DNA of 63,929 nt, taken from assembly GCA_036524155.1 (NCBI GenBank), contig DATDCV010000500.1, positions 1 to 63,929 of the forward strand, given 5' to 3'. The notes under the pieces were generated by a model. It saw only the letters and a program-made list of their open reading frames with translations. It had not been told where the DNA came from and searched no databases. Below, in pieces: positions 29,889 to 39,650 of this stretch (its first letter is position 1; every line of letters starts with the position of its first letter). This stretch comes from Verrucomicrobiia bacterium (GTDB taxonomy: Bacteria; Verrucomicrobiota; Verrucomicrobiia; Limisphaerales; UBA8199). The position numbers were made by a program, and so were the translations under genes.

Positions 29889-30934
29889 AAACAAAGTATC
29901 GGCTCAGTCTTGGGTCGGAGCGCCGAGTTGCACTCGGCTTACACGCGGCCGTCAGTGAGCTTAAGCCGATTAAAAATCGGCGCTCCGACTCAAGACTGAG
30001 CGGATACAAAACAAACATCTTTCTGCTTGCATGGATCGCCTTCGGCCTCCTGACTCGCCCGGCTCTCCTGGCCCAGAGTACTTCACCTTTCCCCTATATA
30101 CAGAAAACCGACGTGGTCTATGGCGAGGTCTATGGCACTGGGCTCTTAATGGATGTCTTCGTCCCCAAAGAAAAGCCCAACGGACTCGGTATCATCGACG
30201 TGGTTAGCGGCGCGTACCATTCTGACCGCGGCAAGATCCGTGATCACGCCCTCGCACAGTTGTACACAATCTTCTGCTCGCGCGGGTACACCGTTTTCGC
30301 GATTCGTCCGGGCTCCCGCCCTCGCTACACCGCTCTCGAAATGGATGAACACGTCAAGACCGGCATCCGTTATGTCAAAGAACACGCCTCGGAATACAAA
30401 ATCGACCCGCAACGACTCGGAATCACCGGCGCCTCGGCGGGCGGTCACCTGGCGACCTTGGCCGCGGTAACCCCGCAGGAAGGAACGCCCGATGCCAAAA
30501 ACCCCCTGCTCCGCCACAGCACAACCGTCAAAGCCGCCGCCATTTTCTTCCCGCCCACCGATTTCCTGGACTGGGACGGCCGGTTGGCTGATCCCGCCTT
30601 GCTGGGCGATTTGCTTTTTCTCGGCGGCGCCAAAGGCCACTCCGACGACGAGATCAAGGACCGGGCCCGCGATGTTTCCCCCGCGCGCCTGGTTAAAGCG
30701 CCGGTGATTCCCTTCCTCCTCATCCACGGCGACGCCGACCCCTTGGTGCCCTTGCAGCAGTCGCAGAAAATGGTCGCCGCTCTCAAAGCAGCAGGCGGTT
30801 CACCTGAACTCATCGTCAAGAAAGGCGGCGGCCACCCCTGGCTCACCATTTTCGAAGAGGTTAAGATTATGGCCGATTGGTTTGACCATCACCTGCCTGA
30901 CGCCCCGCCCGGACCATCGCCCGCTCGCCTATAG
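29885..30934 (+). CDS. Secreted alpha/beta hydrolase (esterase) with an in-frame MITE in its signal peptide region
   Basis: GASAGGHL nucleophile elbow, HGDADPLVP, GGGHPW; 40-codon MITE-derived insert near the N-terminus. Confidence 0.88.
   Translation: MKTKYRLSLGSERRVALGLHAAVSELKPIKNRRSDSRLSGYKTNIFLLAWIAFGLLTRPALLAQSTSPFPYIQKTDVVYGEVYGTGLLMDVFVPKEKPNGLGIIDVVSGAYHSDRGKIRDHALAQLYTIFCSRGYTVFAIRPGSRPRYTALEMDEHVKTGIRYVKEHASEYKIDPQRLGITGASAGGHLATLAAVTPQEGTPDAKNPLLRHSTTVKAAAIFFPPTDFLDWDGRLADPALLGDLLFLGGAKGHSDDEIKDRARDVSPARLVKAPVIPFLLIHGDADPLVPLQQSQKMVAALKAAGGSPELIVKKGGGHPWLTIFEEVKIMADWFDHHLPDAPPGPSPARL
29896..30007. mobile_element. MITE family A, copy 3 (intragenic, in frame)
   Basis: 112 bp, TSD AAAACAAA on both sides; removing element plus one TSD restores MKTNIFLLAW. 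Confidence 0.92.
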
Positions 30935-30988
30935 GCCGCATCCGCCGCCTCCATTCGTGCCATCTATCCGCTCAAACACAACCGCGCG

Positions 30989-32122
30989 ATGAACCCCATC
31001 CCTGCAAATGAACGGAGCGAGACAAGACCTCCACTTGCCGCCCCGCCCGGTCGGTTGATGTCGCTCGACGCGTTGCGCGGTTTCGACATGTTTTGGATCA
31101 TCGGGGGTGGCGCCATCTTCACCGGGCTGGCCAGGGCGGTGGGCGGCCCCCTGGAAACCCTGCGACCGCAGTTCGAGCACGTGCGCTGGGAAGGGCTGCA
31201 CTTCTGGGACCTGATCTGGCCGGTGTTTATGTTCATAGTGGGCGTGTCGATCCCGCTCTCGATCGAAAAACGGAAAGCGGCGGGAGCGCCGAAACGCAGT
31301 CTCTACCTCCATGCAGTGCGCCGGGCGATCATTCTCTTCGTGCTCGGAATGATCCTGCAAGGCCGGCTCCTGGAGTGGGATTTTTCCAGGCTGCGCCCTT
31401 GTTACAGCGTGCTCCATGGAATCGCCGCCGGCTACCTCATCGCCTTTGCCGTTGCCCTCGAACTACGACCGAAGATGCAGGCCGCCAGTATCGGCGTCTT
31501 TCTGCTCGTGTATTGGGCATTGCTTGAACTGATTCCCGTGCCGGGTATCGGCGCGGGCGTGCTAATGCCGGACGGCAACCTGGCGACCTGGATCGACCGT
31601 CTTGTGCTCGGCCGGTTTCACTTTGGCGAGAATACCTGGTTCCTCAGCTACCTGGGCTTTGCCTCCTCCGTGCTGCTGGGAGTGTTCGCCGGGCGTGTGT
31701 TGATGTCGCCCTCCCCCGGGAATACCAAAGTGCTGACGCTCGCCGGTGCCGGCGCGGCGTGCGTCGCGCTTGGGCTGCTGTGGAGCCTGGTGTTCCCGAT
31801 CATCAAGCTGCTGTGGACCAGTTCATTCGTGCTGATCAGCGGGGGCATCGGCTTCCTGATGTTGGCGCTGTTCTATTGGATCATCGACGTGAAACAGTAT
31901 CGTCGATGGGCGTTCTTCTTCACCGTGATCGGGATGAATTCGATCGCCGTGTATGCCGCGACCATGCTCTTCAGTTTCCGCCAGATCGGGAACATCTTCG
32001 TCGGCAGCCTGCTGCCGCGCATCCGGCCCTGGGACGGGTTCGTCGAGGCGTCAATGGCCGTCGTCGTCGTTTGGCTGCTGCTGTTTTGGATGTTCCGCAC
32101 AAGGACGTTCGTGAAGATATAA
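30989..32122 (+). CDS. Heparan-alpha-glucosaminide N-acetyltransferase-like (DUF5009/NagX) membrane protein
   Basis: RLMSLDALRGFDMFWI, H..WEG..FWDLI.P.F.F..G, PIIK.LWTSSF, GMNSI. Confidence 0.88.
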   Translation: MNPIPANERSETRPPLAAPPGRLMSLDALRGFDMFWIIGGGAIFTGLARAVGGPLETLRPQFEHVRWEGLHFWDLIWPVFMFIVGVSIPLSIEKRKAAGAPKRSLYLHAVRRAIILFVLGMILQGRLLEWDFSRLRPCYSVLHGIAAGYLIAFAVALELRPKMQAASIGVFLLVYWALLELIPVPGIGAGVLMPDGNLATWIDRLVLGRFHFGENTWFLSYLGFASSVLLGVFAGRVLMSPSPGNTKVLTLAGAGAACVALGLLWSLVFPIIKLLWTSSFVLISGGIGFLMLALFYWIIDVKQYRRWAFFFTVIGMNSIAVYAATMLFSFRQIGNIFVGSLLPRIRPWDGFVEASMAVVVVWLLLFWMFRTRTFVKI

Positions 32123-32216
32123 CGCCTGGGCAAGGCCGCAGGGCACCCTCCCTGTCAGTCGTTTGGCCCTTTCCCGCCTCGCTGGCCTTGCGCTAACGAA
32201 GTTCTGGGGCCGCAGT

Positions 32217-33071
32217 TCAGGGACTCGCGCTACCTGCAGCCGAATGCTTTCGCAGGCACCGCAGCAGCAGTGGAGCGGCCGGCTCCACCATTTGTCCGTG
32301 ATTGAAATCCTGGAGTTCGTAGAGCTTGGTGTCGGGGTGGCCAGCCAGCTTCATCATCCGCCACAGGTAGGCGTTTTCCTCGTAGCGCCCCAGCAATTCC
32401 AGGTTGCGATCCCCCGTGATCAACATCAGCGGCGGAGCGTTGCTGCGCACGTGATACAGTGGCGCCAGGTCGTCTATCACCGGTTGCGTATCCCTGATGC
32501 CCCGTTCCGCTCGCACCGTGAAGTGTGTTATGCACTGCCCACTCAAGGGAACCAGGCCGGCGATTTGGTCGGCGTCGATGCCCTGGCCCGCCAGCCAGCG
32601 TTTGTCCAAGCCCACCATCATCGTCAGATAACCTCCCGCTGAATGGCCGCTCACAAAGATCCGGTTGGTCGAGCCGCCGTACTTGTGAACGTTGCGAAAT
32701 GTCCACGCCACCGCCGCCGCGGCGTCCTCGATATACGCCGGAGATTTTGCCTGGGGGCTGAGCCGGTAGCCAGCCGCGACCACCGCAATCCCTTTCCCCT
32801 TTAACGCCTCTGGAACGGAACGGTTGCCGCCGGTTAACCCACCGCCATGGAACCACACAACCGTCGCGAAATCGTTCGTGCCGGCCGGGTAATAGACATC
32901 CAGACGACAACGCTCTTTCGTGTATTCCGTCAGATGTGCGCCGGTTCGATACAGGATGTTCGTCTCTGTCCGGTACTGCGGGATCCGGTCTTGCGTCTGC
33001 TGGGCGGGCGCGATTGGCGCGAGCCAAAGAGTCAGCAGTACGAACGACGGAGCGGCAGAGCGTCTGTTCAT
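32217..33071 (-). CDS. Secreted alpha/beta hydrolase (HSL-like esterase)
   Basis: Signal peptide, HGGG, YRLSP, GHSAGG, TGD, HG. Confidence 0.9.
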   Translation of the reverse strand: MNRRSAAPSFVLLTLWLAPIAPAQQTQDRIPQYRTETNILYRTGAHLTEYTKERCRLDVYYPAGTNDFATVVWFHGGGLTGGNRSVPEALKGKGIAVVAAGYRLSPQAKSPAYIEDAAAAVAWTFRNVHKYGGSTNRIFVSGHSAGGYLTMMVGLDKRWLAGQGIDADQIAGLVPLSGQCITHFTVRAERGIRDTQPVIDDLAPLYHVRSNAPPLMLITGDRNLELLGRYEENAYLWRMMKLAGHPDTKLYELQDFNHGQMVEPAAPLLLRCLRKHSAAGSASP

Positions 33072-33095
33072 GGGCGGGCCAGAATCGCCGCCGGT

Positions 33096-34739
33096 TTAGC
33101 GGCGTGGTGGGGTTGGCGAGCCCAGCAACTGCCGTTTTCTGTCGTCGGGAAGGTCCGACTGGGCGATCCAGGTCCTGGCCGCAGATTGATCGGAGCGAAG
33201 CCAAGTGCGCGCCACCGCCTCCAGCTTTCTCGTGCGCAACTGCGCGTCACTCATAGTTTCGGCCCATTGCACCGCCATCTCCGGGCGGGTCGAGGCCAGT
33301 GCCGTGGCGAAGCCTGCGATCGCCTGGTCGCGGGAGTTTCCCTGCGGCAGCGACTCCAGCCACGGAACGGCTTCGGCGGGGGCATAGGCGGCCCATTGTT
33401 GGGCCACCTGCTGCAACGCCTTATCTCGCAACCTGCCCTCCGGGAACGAAGAGGCCCACTGCGCCGCCTGTTCGGGATCGTAATTCGCCCACTGCGACAA
33501 CACGGCAGTAGCCGCATTGTTCTGCGCTTCGCCGGGCGACAGCCCGCTGACAAATTGCGCTGCTTCCTGGGGCGAATTCATGGCCCAACTCGAGGCGATG
33601 CTCGCCAGCGCCCGGTCTCGCGTCTGGTCGAGCGGCAGCGAGTAAGCCCAGGCCGCCGCCGCATTCGGATCCGTGCTGCCCCACCGGCTGGCTACCCGCG
33701 AAAGCAGGTCCGACTTGAAGCTCTCGGAAAAGCCTTGCAGGTAATCCATCGCGGCTCGCGAATCGGTCTGCATCCATCGATAGCCGACCTGGCTCAACGC
33801 GGTCTGCCGGTCTTTATCCTCGGGGAGTTGCTGCATCCATTTGATCGCGCTGTTCATGTCTTTATCCACCCAGCGCGAGGCGACCGTGCTGATGAGTTCA
33901 TTTCGCACGGCGCCCGGAGGCAGCGTGATTGCCAACTCGGCCGCATTGGCCGGGTTGAGCTCCGACATTTGGTAGGTGACCCGCCGAATCGCCTCCCGCT
34001 GCCCTGAACCTGAGGGCAGGCTCTTGGCCCAGCTTGCCGCGCTTTCCAGGTCGGTTCGGGCCCACTGGGATGCCACCAGCCCCATCACTTCATTTTTCAA
34101 CCGGCCAGAGGGCAATTGTTCCGCAAAAGCCGCCGCGGCCGGCGCATCGGCTTTGACCCAACTGCCGACCATGCCCTGGAGAAGGTTGCGCTGCAGGTTC
34201 AAATCGCTCACCTGTTGGACCCACGAGAACGCGCTGGCGGGGTCGCTTTTGACCCACTCCGCCGCGGCAGCCTGCAGCGATTGCTCGCGGGTGTATGCGT
34301 CCGGCAGTTGAGCGGCTGCCTTCACCGCCGCAACCGGGTCTGCCGCCGCGTATTTTGAAAATGCGTTCTGGTAAGCAGCCACTCGTGCCTGGCCGGGCGG
34401 CATGCGTGCAATTATTGAAAAAGCCTCGGCAAAATCCCCACGCTCCAACGCCTCGCTGACCTGGCGCGCCGCCGCCTGCTGAAGCGCCCGCGGCGATGTG
34501 TCCGCTGCCCCGTTCCTGGTCCGAAGGACTCGCGGCTCTTCGTTTGCAGCGGAAGCCGGTTTCGCGTTAGTCCCGAATGTCCCCACACCCCCCGCATCTG
34601 AAACTCGCTCTCCCGCCGTTTTCCCGGGCGCGCCGGCACTCGACGGGGAACGGATGAAGAACTTCCTGTCCAGCCAAACGCCGGCGGCCAATCCGGCGCA
34701 AACAAGCACTGCGGCCCAGAGATAAAGCGATTTTCTCAT
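33096..34739 (-). CDS. Membrane-anchored helical-repeat hypothetical protein
   Basis: Start MRKSLYLWAAVL; many ~31-aa repeats W...DP..A..W...LP.G..R..A. Confidence 0.8.
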   Translation of the reverse strand: MRKSLYLWAAVLVCAGLAAGVWLDRKFFIRSPSSAGAPGKTAGERVSDAGGVGTFGTNAKPASAANEEPRVLRTRNGAADTSPRALQQAAARQVSEALERGDFAEAFSIIARMPPGQARVAAYQNAFSKYAAADPVAAVKAAAQLPDAYTREQSLQAAAAEWVKSDPASAFSWVQQVSDLNLQRNLLQGMVGSWVKADAPAAAAFAEQLPSGRLKNEVMGLVASQWARTDLESAASWAKSLPSGSGQREAIRRVTYQMSELNPANAAELAITLPPGAVRNELISTVASRWVDKDMNSAIKWMQQLPEDKDRQTALSQVGYRWMQTDSRAAMDYLQGFSESFKSDLLSRVASRWGSTDPNAAAAWAYSLPLDQTRDRALASIASSWAMNSPQEAAQFVSGLSPGEAQNNAATAVLSQWANYDPEQAAQWASSFPEGRLRDKALQQVAQQWAAYAPAEAVPWLESLPQGNSRDQAIAGFATALASTRPEMAVQWAETMSDAQLRTRKLEAVARTWLRSDQSAARTWIAQSDLPDDRKRQLLGSPTPPRR

Positions 34740-34875
34740 TAGGGTATCCTTATCCGCGAGAATAGATCCGTTCCTGGTGCCCGCAAGTCTCAAACTCCGA
34801 TGACCTTGGCTCGCTGCACACCAGCCCGAACGCACGGCTTGACAACATGGCCGGCCTTCTGCCATTCCACTCCGC

Positions 34876-35370
34876 ATGGAACGGTGGCAGCAGGACCTTG
34901 AATGGTGGCTCGCCAACTGGCCAGTGCTGGCGGGACTGCTTCTCTGGTTCGCGTCTCTGCTGAATTCAATCCTGCCCCTGGTGCATGTGCAACGCCGTCT
35001 GCCGAGACTGAGCCTGGCTGAACTCACCGCGCGATGTCCGGGTCTGGGTCGGCTAAGCTGGGGCTACCCCATAGCCTACGTGGCTACCGCGCTGCTATTT
35101 GTGGCGGCAATGTTCTGGGTGCATGAACATTCGCGTCGCCTGAGCGATGCGCAAGGCTCTTTCCTCATGGGTGCGGTTTTCTGTATCTTCCCCCTAATTG
35201 CTGCAGGCCTGGCTCTGAAGACCGGCGTGTATCGCGGGATGACGGGACGTGCCTTTACGAAGGATTATTATCAGGTTGCCGGGAGCCACCTGAGTTGGGT
35301 CCCTTGGACACAGCTCATCGCCGCAATCATCACTGCCGCGTTGAGCCTGACGGGCTTTTGGGCTGCTTGA
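34876..35370 (+). CDS. Hypothetical four-TM membrane protein
   Basis: 164-aa ORF with four hydrophobic segments; fills the gap once the opposite gene is started at 34739. Confidence 0.65.
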   Translation: MERWQQDLEWWLANWPVLAGLLLWFASLLNSILPLVHVQRRLPRLSLAELTARCPGLGRLSWGYPIAYVATALLFVAAMFWVHEHSRRLSDAQGSFLMGAVFCIFPLIAAGLALKTGVYRGMTGRAFTKDYYQVAGSHLSWVPWTQLIAAIITAALSLTGFWAA

Positions 35371-35421
35371 ACTCACTACCCATTTACTCGGCGCTTTGGG
35401 CGTGTCCGGAAAATGCCAAAA

Positions 35422-35500
35422 GCCGCCGCGTGAGGGCACGCGGCCTACAAAAAACGCCCGGCATTTCATCGACCTGTAGGCCCGGTGCCCTCACCGGGCG
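35422..35500. repeat. GTAG-type REP doublet (REPIN-like)
   Basis: CCGCGTGAGGGCACGCGGCCTACA ... TGTAGGCCCGGTGCCCTCACCGGGCG: two inverted hairpins, each with a GTAG foot. Confidence 0.8.
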
Positions 35501-35554
35501 AGTTTCCATCCACGCTCATAGCCTTCCGATCAGGCCCGACATTCTCTTGACCCT

Positions 35555-38500
35555 ATGAACAACCTCACCACCTTTTGCAGATGCGCGCTCGTTGCCGCCT
35601 TGCTCTGTCTGGCGACCAACAGCCGAGCCGCCCGAAACTTTGTCTCCCTCGACGGCCAATGGAGCTTCCGATTAGACCCAAAGGACGAGGGAACCAGTCA
35701 ACGATGGTTTAGCCGCGCCACTTTCTTCACGAACCGTGTCGATGTCCCCGGTGCCTGGCAGGCTCAAGGATACGGTTCCGAAAGCGACAAGCTATGGCAT
35801 CATTACGAAGGCAAAGCCTGGTATCAACGCGAGCTTCAACTGCCCAAACTCGCGCCCGGCCAGCGCCTTTTCCTCTGTGTTGGTGGTGTGCACCGCTCCG
35901 CGGAGCTCTGGCTCAACGGCATCTTCCTGGGCTCGCACCTCGGCTACCTGTCACCCTTTGAATTCGATCTAACGGAGGCTGCCCGTACCAACGCGACAGC
36001 GACGTTGGCCATTTGTGTCGATGGCAAGCAACACTGGGACCAGGATTGCCTGACCGGCTGCGTCGACATCATCGACGCCATGTTTACGCCCTGGGGCGGC
36101 ATTTGGGGGCACGTCTGGCTCGAAAAACGAGATGCCGCCTGGCTCGAAGACGTCTTTGTTCAGCCGCGGCTCTCGCCACCTGGCTGCGTCGTGACTGCTC
36201 GGGTCGCTGGTGATCAAGCTCGGGCGCGACATGTCCGGCTGGAGATTCGCTCCGGGTCAGGCCGTCGAATCACCGCGGTGAGCGGCACACCGCTGAACGA
36301 CGGCGCCGTGCGCTTCGAAACCCAGATCCCCAATGCCAAACTCTGGTCCTGTGACTCGCCCAACCTGTACCTCGCGCGTTTGGAACTGGCCGCCGATTCT
36401 GCCCGCGACGTTCTCGATCGCGTCGACACGCCGTTTGGCGTGCGCGAAATCAGGGTCGAAGGCCCGCACTTTTACCTGAATGGGCAAAAGCTCTTTCTTC
36501 GCGGCTATGGGGACGACGCGATCTACCCGAAGACAATGGCGCCGCCCGCGAACAAAGCCTTTTACCTCGAGCGGCTGAAGCTCATCAAACAGTATGGCTT
36601 CAATTTCGTCCGTCACCATAGCCATCTTCTGCTTCCCGAGTACTACGAAGCGGCGGACGAAGTCGGGATGCTCATCTCGGCTGAGTTCCCCATCGCCTAC
36701 CGCGAATATTACGACAAAGCCCGGGGCCCGGCGCTCGACCTGTATGAATCAGAGTGGGCCGCCGCTATCAAACGCCTGCGCAACCACCCGTCGATCTTCG
36801 ATTGGTCCATGGCCAACGAAATGTATGACTCGTTCCCCCTCGCGCCGAACCTGTATCGCGCCGCCAAACAACTGGACCCCGCGCGGCTCGTCATCGACAG
36901 CGACGGCCTCAGCGGCGCGTTCCTCGGCCCGGATGCCGACCGCGGCACCCTCGATTTCTTTTCCGTGCAGTTTGACGAATTCGCCTTGCCGCTGGATAAA
37001 CCGGACAAACACCGGTTCGCCGCCGTCCCCAAAAAGCCGGTCGTGTCCCACGAGACCGCCAATTACGTCACAGTGCCCCGGCTGGACCTCATCGAGGAAT
37101 TCAAGGACAACTTCAAACCGTTCTGGCTGACCCCCTATCGCGCCCGGCTGCAGAAAATGGGATTGTTGGCCGAGGCCGACCAATGGTCCCGGAACTCGGA
37201 GCGACTTTACCACCTCGCCCACAAGTTGAATCTCGAAGACCTGCGTCATAATCCCCTCATTTCCGGCTACACCTGGTGGCTGTTTCAGGATTACTGGACC
37301 GGTGCTAACGGCCTCGTGGACGCCTATTTTCGTCCCAAGTCCATCCCCTCAGCCGCCGTTCGCCGATTCAACGCCCCCGTCGTGCTCCTCCAGGAGGGCC
37401 TGCCCCTAACCGCTCGCTCTTCTCAGCCGCTCCAATTCAAGCTCCTCATATCCAACTTTTCACCCGCCCCGATTCGTGCCGCCAACCTCCGCTGGACCGT
37501 CAGCCTCGGCAAACGGACACTCGCCAAAGACCGGCTCCGGGATGCGGCCGCCCCTCAAGGCGAACTGTCTGAAGCTGCGGTCGTGCGCGTCACCCCGCCG
37601 CCACTATCCCAACCCGAGAAGCTCGTCATCTCGGCCGAACTTCAGGCCGGCGGTCTCCGTTCTCAGAATGATTGGTATGCCTGGATTTACCCCGCCCGTC
37701 CCGCAGACCTTTCCACGAACCTTTCTCAGAGCGAGAGCGATGGCCTCCTCCCCGTGCCCCGCTCCTCCGGGCGAGGCGAGGAGGAAAGCAGCCGGGGCTC
37801 TGAAGAAACTGGCGGCCACGCTGTCTCCCCCTCTCCGCCTCTGGGGGAGAGGGGACAGGGGAGAGGTGGCCCCTGGCTGTTGCAAGGTTCACGGCCCCAA
37901 CGCGAGCCAGAAGAAACATCGAAGCTCCCCTCCAACCGAACCCCAGAGAAGCGAGACAGCCTCCTCCCCTCAACCCTCTTCGCCAGCTCCAGCCTGCTCC
38001 CCCTCCTGCGCCATCTCGGGGCAAAACCGCTCCCCGTGGGCGAGCCCTTGCCCACCCGCGCTGTCTTCGTGGTACGCCAACCGACTTTGCCCATGCTCCA
38101 GGCTGTCGAGGCTGGCGCCAGCCTCGTTTGTCTCTCGCCCCGCCGCATCTTCCCCGCCGTGCCGAACCGTTTCAAATCCGCCTGGTGGCTCGGCAGCGAC
38201 ACCGACTGCAACGCCGGCACCGTCGTCTATCCGCACCCGGCCACCCGTGCGATCGCACCGGACGGCTGGTGCGACCTTGGCTGGTACCATCTGCTCGAAG
38301 GCGCTCAGGCCTATCTGCTCGATGAAGTCCCTTTCCTTCAGCAATTCTCCACCCCCGTCCCCGGAGCGCAACGACGTCCCGATTCATCCGCAAACCCTCA
38401 ACCGGTCTTAATCCGGGCGCTGGATGTTCACACCTTGTGCCGTAACAAAGCGTTACTCTTCGAAGCCAGCGTCGGCCGCGGCTCGATCCTGGTCAGCGGC

Positions 38501-39142
38501 TTGCGTTTGGAACCGAATCCCACGATGCCCGAGCGAGACTGGCTGCTCGTCCAACTAATCCAATACGCCGCCACCTTCCCGCAGCCCAAAACCGCGTTGC
38601 CCGCTTCCTTCCTCAATCAACGCATTGCCGACACACCTGTGCCCGAAGGTCCGTTCCTTCCCGGCTTCGCGCGCCTGCTTAGCACCAACTCCGAGCGCGC
38701 CGACTACCCGAGCTACCGCGAGGCAAGCGCCCCGCTTATCGTCTGCCGCCAACTGGAACCTGGCCGCTCGCTCGAATGGGAAACCGCTCCCGTCCCTGCG
38801 CGCTGGAACGCGGCGCGGGCCACCTTTGTCTTTTCTGGCGGCCTCGGCTGGAAGTCCCAGCCCCAAACTCCCGGCTTCGTGCTCCTCGTGAACGGCCGCG
38901 AACTGTTGACCTTCGACGTCGCGTCCGAAGGCCACACCTGGCTGGCGCCCGGCGGCAACGCCAGGCTCTCCTTTGCGCCGGAGAAAAACCTGCCGGAAGA
39001 TGCTCTCGGCCTGTTCTATCTCACGGTCCCGGCGGACCGGCTCGAGCCCGGAAAACCGTGCCGCCTCGCCGTGCAGTCGCAAGGCAAAGACAGCCGCCGC
39101 TGGTTTGGTCTGAACCCGTATCCGGATTTGAATGGAGATTGA
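35555..39142 (+). CDS. Secreted multidomain glycoside hydrolase family 2 with repeat-derived insert
   Basis: Signal peptide; SLDGQW, VPGAW, WGGIW, FGVREI, GFNFVRHH, NHPSIFDWSMANE, VSHE; ~90-aa low-complexity insert. Confidence 0.87.
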   Translation: MNNLTTFCRCALVAALLCLATNSRAARNFVSLDGQWSFRLDPKDEGTSQRWFSRATFFTNRVDVPGAWQAQGYGSESDKLWHHYEGKAWYQRELQLPKLAPGQRLFLCVGGVHRSAELWLNGIFLGSHLGYLSPFEFDLTEAARTNATATLAICVDGKQHWDQDCLTGCVDIIDAMFTPWGGIWGHVWLEKRDAAWLEDVFVQPRLSPPGCVVTARVAGDQARARHVRLEIRSGSGRRITAVSGTPLNDGAVRFETQIPNAKLWSCDSPNLYLARLELAADSARDVLDRVDTPFGVREIRVEGPHFYLNGQKLFLRGYGDDAIYPKTMAPPANKAFYLERLKLIKQYGFNFVRHHSHLLLPEYYEAADEVGMLISAEFPIAYREYYDKARGPALDLYESEWAAAIKRLRNHPSIFDWSMANEMYDSFPLAPNLYRAAKQLDPARLVIDSDGLSGAFLGPDADRGTLDFFSVQFDEFALPLDKPDKHRFAAVPKKPVVSHETANYVTVPRLDLIEEFKDNFKPFWLTPYRARLQKMGLLAEADQWSRNSERLYHLAHKLNLEDLRHNPLISGYTWWLFQDYWTGANGLVDAYFRPKSIPSAAVRRFNAPVVLLQEGLPLTARSSQPLQFKLLISNFSPAPIRAANLRWTVSLGKRTLAKDRLRDAAAPQGELSEAAVVRVTPPPLSQPEKLVISAELQAGGLRSQNDWYAWIYPARPADLSTNLSQSESDGLLPVPRSSGRGEEESSRGSEETGGHAVSPSPPLGERGQGRGGPWLLQGSRPQREPEETSKLPSNRTPEKRDSLLPSTLFASSSLLPLLRHLGAKPLPVGEPLPTRAVFVVRQPTLPMLQAVEAGASLVCLSPRRIFPAVPNRFKSAWWLGSDTDCNAGTVVYPHPATRAIAPDGWCDLGWYHLLEGAQAYLLDEVPFLQQFSTPVPGAQRRPDSSANPQPVLIRALDVHTLCRNKALLFEASVGRGSILVSGLRLEPNPTMPERDWLLVQLIQYAATFPQPKTALPASFLNQRIADTPVPEGPFLPGFARLLSTNSERADYPSYREASAPLIVCRQLEPGRSLEWETAPVPARWNAARATFVFSGGLGWKSQPQTPGFVLLVNGRELLTFDVASEGHTWLAPGGNARLSFAPEKNLPEDALGLFYLTVPADRLEPGKPCRLAVQSQGKDSRRWFGLNPYPDLNGD
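37710..37945. repeat. Composite family C repeat inserted in frame in the GH2 gene
   Basis: 37742-37890 aligns colinearly with intergenic 60398-60580; CCACGAACC and GGTTCACGG motifs flank it. Confidence 0.75.
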
Positions 39143-39167
39143 GCGGTTGTTCTGATGGGGAGTTCAC

Positions 39168-39545
39168 TTAAAGGGACCCGCTGCCTTCCGTGATAATCGT
39201 GTCGCTGTGTTCATACGCCGGGGCACAGCAGCACAGCAAACGGAGCGGCACGGAGCCGGTGTTCCAGAGCTTGTGCTTCTGGCGGGGCGGAATGGCAATG
39301 GCGTCGCCAGCAACCACGTCGCGGACCTCTCCCTCGATGCGCATCCGGCCAGTCCCGTGGGTGATGTAATAGATCTCCTCAGCCTGCGGATGATAGTGCT
39401 CCTGGGTGGCGCCGCCCACCGGCAACCGCGCCTCCGCCAGGCTTTGGTTGCGGATGGCCGAGTTGCGGTGCGCCAACAGTTCGCGAATCTCCGACCCGTC
39501 CTTGGTGACAAAAGCCGCCAGCTTATCGAGGTTCTTTACTTCCAT
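39168..39545 (-). CDS. Cupin domain protein
   Basis: HYH...EEIYYI..G.G, GDAIAIPP...HKLWNTG, C.PAY. Confidence 0.9.
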   Translation of the reverse strand: MEVKNLDKLAAFVTKDGSEIRELLAHRNSAIRNQSLAEARLPVGGATQEHYHPQAEEIYYITHGTGRMRIEGEVRDVVAGDAIAIPPRQKHKLWNTGSVPLRLLCCCAPAYEHSDTIITEGSGSL

Positions 39546-39562
39546 AAGTGTTAGCCGACTTC

Positions 39563-39595
39563 CAACCTGGAACCTTTAACCTGCAACCTGCAACT
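39563..39595. repeat. Heptamer repeat (NAACCTG)x5
   Basis: CAACCTG GAACCTT TAACCTG CAACCTG CAACT; same unit as 25691-25723. Confidence 0.7.
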
Positions 39596-39650
39596 CGCTC
39601 GCGCCAAAAACGACCTCACGCTTCGCCCCGCCGGTTCTGCTCGCCCGGCC

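Noticed and set aside
34740..35027. N-terminal extension of the helical-repeat ORF
   Set aside because: Non-protein-like and overlaps the opposite-strand membrane gene; MRKSLYLW is the plausible start.
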